NCBI GenBank assembly: GCA_964016885.1
Contig: OZ024741.1
Span: forward strand, 368,032,001-368,096,000
Direction: 5' to 3'
Origin: Eledone cirrhosa
Lineage: Eukaryota
DNA: 64,000 nt
The notes below the pieces were generated by a model. It was not told the origin of the DNA, did no database searches, and saw nothing but the letters and a program-made list of their open reading frames with translations. Position 1 is the first letter of the stretch, and every line of letters begins with the position of its first letter. This document shows, one piece after another, positions 62,465 to 64,000 of this stretch. The position numbers and the translations under genes are program-made.

Positions 62465-63177
62465 GAAATAAATAGTGATTACACACTGAAATTACATTTA
62501 TGTATGTTTGGTACTTCAGCCGACCATACACACATCCTTAGGTGTATAATCCATGTGCTTCATATAAATTAACATGTATCACACTACACACTTTTAACAT
62601 AAGGTTGTATTGAGCACTTTTATGTTTTTGTAACACAAAATAAACAAAGACTATGTATATATACATATATATATATATATCACAACCAACGTCGACAAAA
62701 CTTGAAACTAAACAGTCACAATTAATAACAATTATTATTTTGATTCTATACAGTGTATATGAGTCCTTATTTTCGTGCATATTTTAGTTTGTTTATCACA
62801 CAAATCCATAAAGCAAGCATATATATATATATATTTATATATATATAGTGTCTATGTATGTGTGTATACACAAATAAATGTACATGTATAAAGAGTTACT
62901 TGTGCATATCCATGTCTATGTTTATGTATATATGATGTGGAAATAACTTTTCAGCAAAGCAATATTCCGATCCAGTTTAAGATCTTTGCTATAACTATTT
63001 CACAGTTTTATGTATGCTGTTAATGCACTCGGAAAGAAAAAAAGAAAAAACATTATAACTTGCCATTTTCTTTCCCTAATAAATCTGTAGCTTCCTGCCT
63101 ATGTAGGAAATATTTGTTTTGTGTTTGTGTTTGTGTGTGATGATTTATGTTCTATCCTCCAGATACAGATTTTACAT

Positions 63178-63326
63178 GTCCAACATACATTGGTTGTGTA
63201 ACCCTCCATATATCCAATACATACTGGTTGTGTAACCCTCCATATATCCAACATATATTGGTTGTGTAACCCTCCATATATCCAGCATATATTGGTTGTG
63301 TAACACTGCTTCACATATCCAACATG
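63178..63326. repeat. minisatellite, ~34-bp unit, ~4 copies
   Basis: tccaacatatattggttgtgtaaccctccatata. Confidence 0.9.
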
Positions 63327-63503
63327 TAATTATTATGTGATTATTCAATTTTACTTTATTCTTAAATGTATTTTATAACAAGCAATATTGAACTTATTAA
63401 CAATCAGGTACATTATTGGTTGTGGTACTACTATATAAATTCATGTACTTCTATGTTGTAATGCCTCTTTATTTATCATGTTTTATCTATATATATATAT
63501 ATA

Positions 63504-63812
63504 TTAAAGTCCCAGACTGACTATCAGACATAACACTTCTAGACCGAAAATCATCAATAATCTATTGTATTCTGATCTTTCGCAGTCACCACCCACTCAT
63601 CAATCTAATGTGAGTTATCTACCCTTTGAGAAGAACTTCTGCGCATGTCTATTCGTGTAATCGTTTACCTTTTCCGTATTATCTCATTTAAACCGAGCTG
63701 ATGATCCGTCTGAGGTGAAACAAATTGTTCTCGGAAATGGTGAATTAACTGTTGTGGAACTACTTCTACCAAACTCGTCCCATGGACTAAGTGCTCTTAC
63801 TACTGCCAATAT
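63504..63812 (+). mobile_element. hammerhead-bearing short element flanked by (TA)n
   Basis: Non-repetitive ~310-bp block between TA runs containing the 63693-63734 motif. Confidence 0.5.
63693..63734 (+). ncRNA. type I hammerhead ribozyme motif
   Basis: CCGAG CTGATGA tcc gtctga ggt GAAAC aaatt GTT CTCGG; 5-bp stem I, T-T mismatch at base of stem II. Confidence 0.65.
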
Positions 63813-63817
63813 ATATA

Positions 63818-63977
63818 CAGGTAAAATTCTGTTACAACGAATACTATTATAACCAGTATAACAAAAAATTTTTTAATCCCCGGCCACAAGCTCACTGTTG
63901 ATCTCGTTATAAAGAATTTTTCGTTACAACGAATTTTTTTTATACCATGTGAATTTCGTTATAACGGAATTTTACTG
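63818..63977. mobile_element. Tc1/mariner (pogo/Tigger-like) MITE
   Basis: TIRs cagGtaaaattctgttacaacgaa / ttcgttataacggaattttactg with TA on both sides. Confidence 0.75.
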
Positions 63978-64000
63978 TATATAGTGTTAAATTGAACAGA

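Noticed and set aside
62490-62550. Minus-strand decayed hammerhead (CTAAGGA...CAAAC) in a TA-flanked block
   Set aside because: Both catalytic boxes are mutated; cannot be supported without a family consensus.

Overview
Eukaryotic, AT-rich, microsatellite-dense DNA, most likely from a coleoid cephalopod (Octopus-like; inferred from repeat style, not verified). There are no prokaryotic genes, rRNA, true tRNA genes or CRISPR arrays. The window is spanned on the + strand by a multi-exon PLEKHD1-like gene (PH domain plus long coiled coil). Thirteen phase-consistent GT-AG coding exons from 1340 to 56518 give about 460 aa; the first coding exon(s) lie upstream of the window. The 26-kb last intron holds a candidate alternative terminal exon (38520-38635) and a candidate 45-nt cassette exon (48177-48221). 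Introns contain an apparently full-length RTE-clade LINE with an open 1080-aa ORF and a PHD-type finger inside the RT, CR1- and CRE-clade LINE fragments, two head-to-head Penelope-like GIY-YIG fragments, two tRNA-derived SINE families, piggyBac/hAT/Tc1-type MITEs, several long fold-back elements and minisatellites. Most notable: (i) a CR1 lineage whose inner 3'UTR copy is strongly A>G-skewed, suggesting ADAR-hyper-edited RNA written back into DNA, followed by an unedited tail, present as two inverted copies; (ii) at least four type I hammerhead ribozyme motifs in (TA)n-embedded elements, one sense to the host pre-mRNA; (iii) a 64-bp near-perfect palindrome. All alignments were done by eye; repeat boundaries are approximate.
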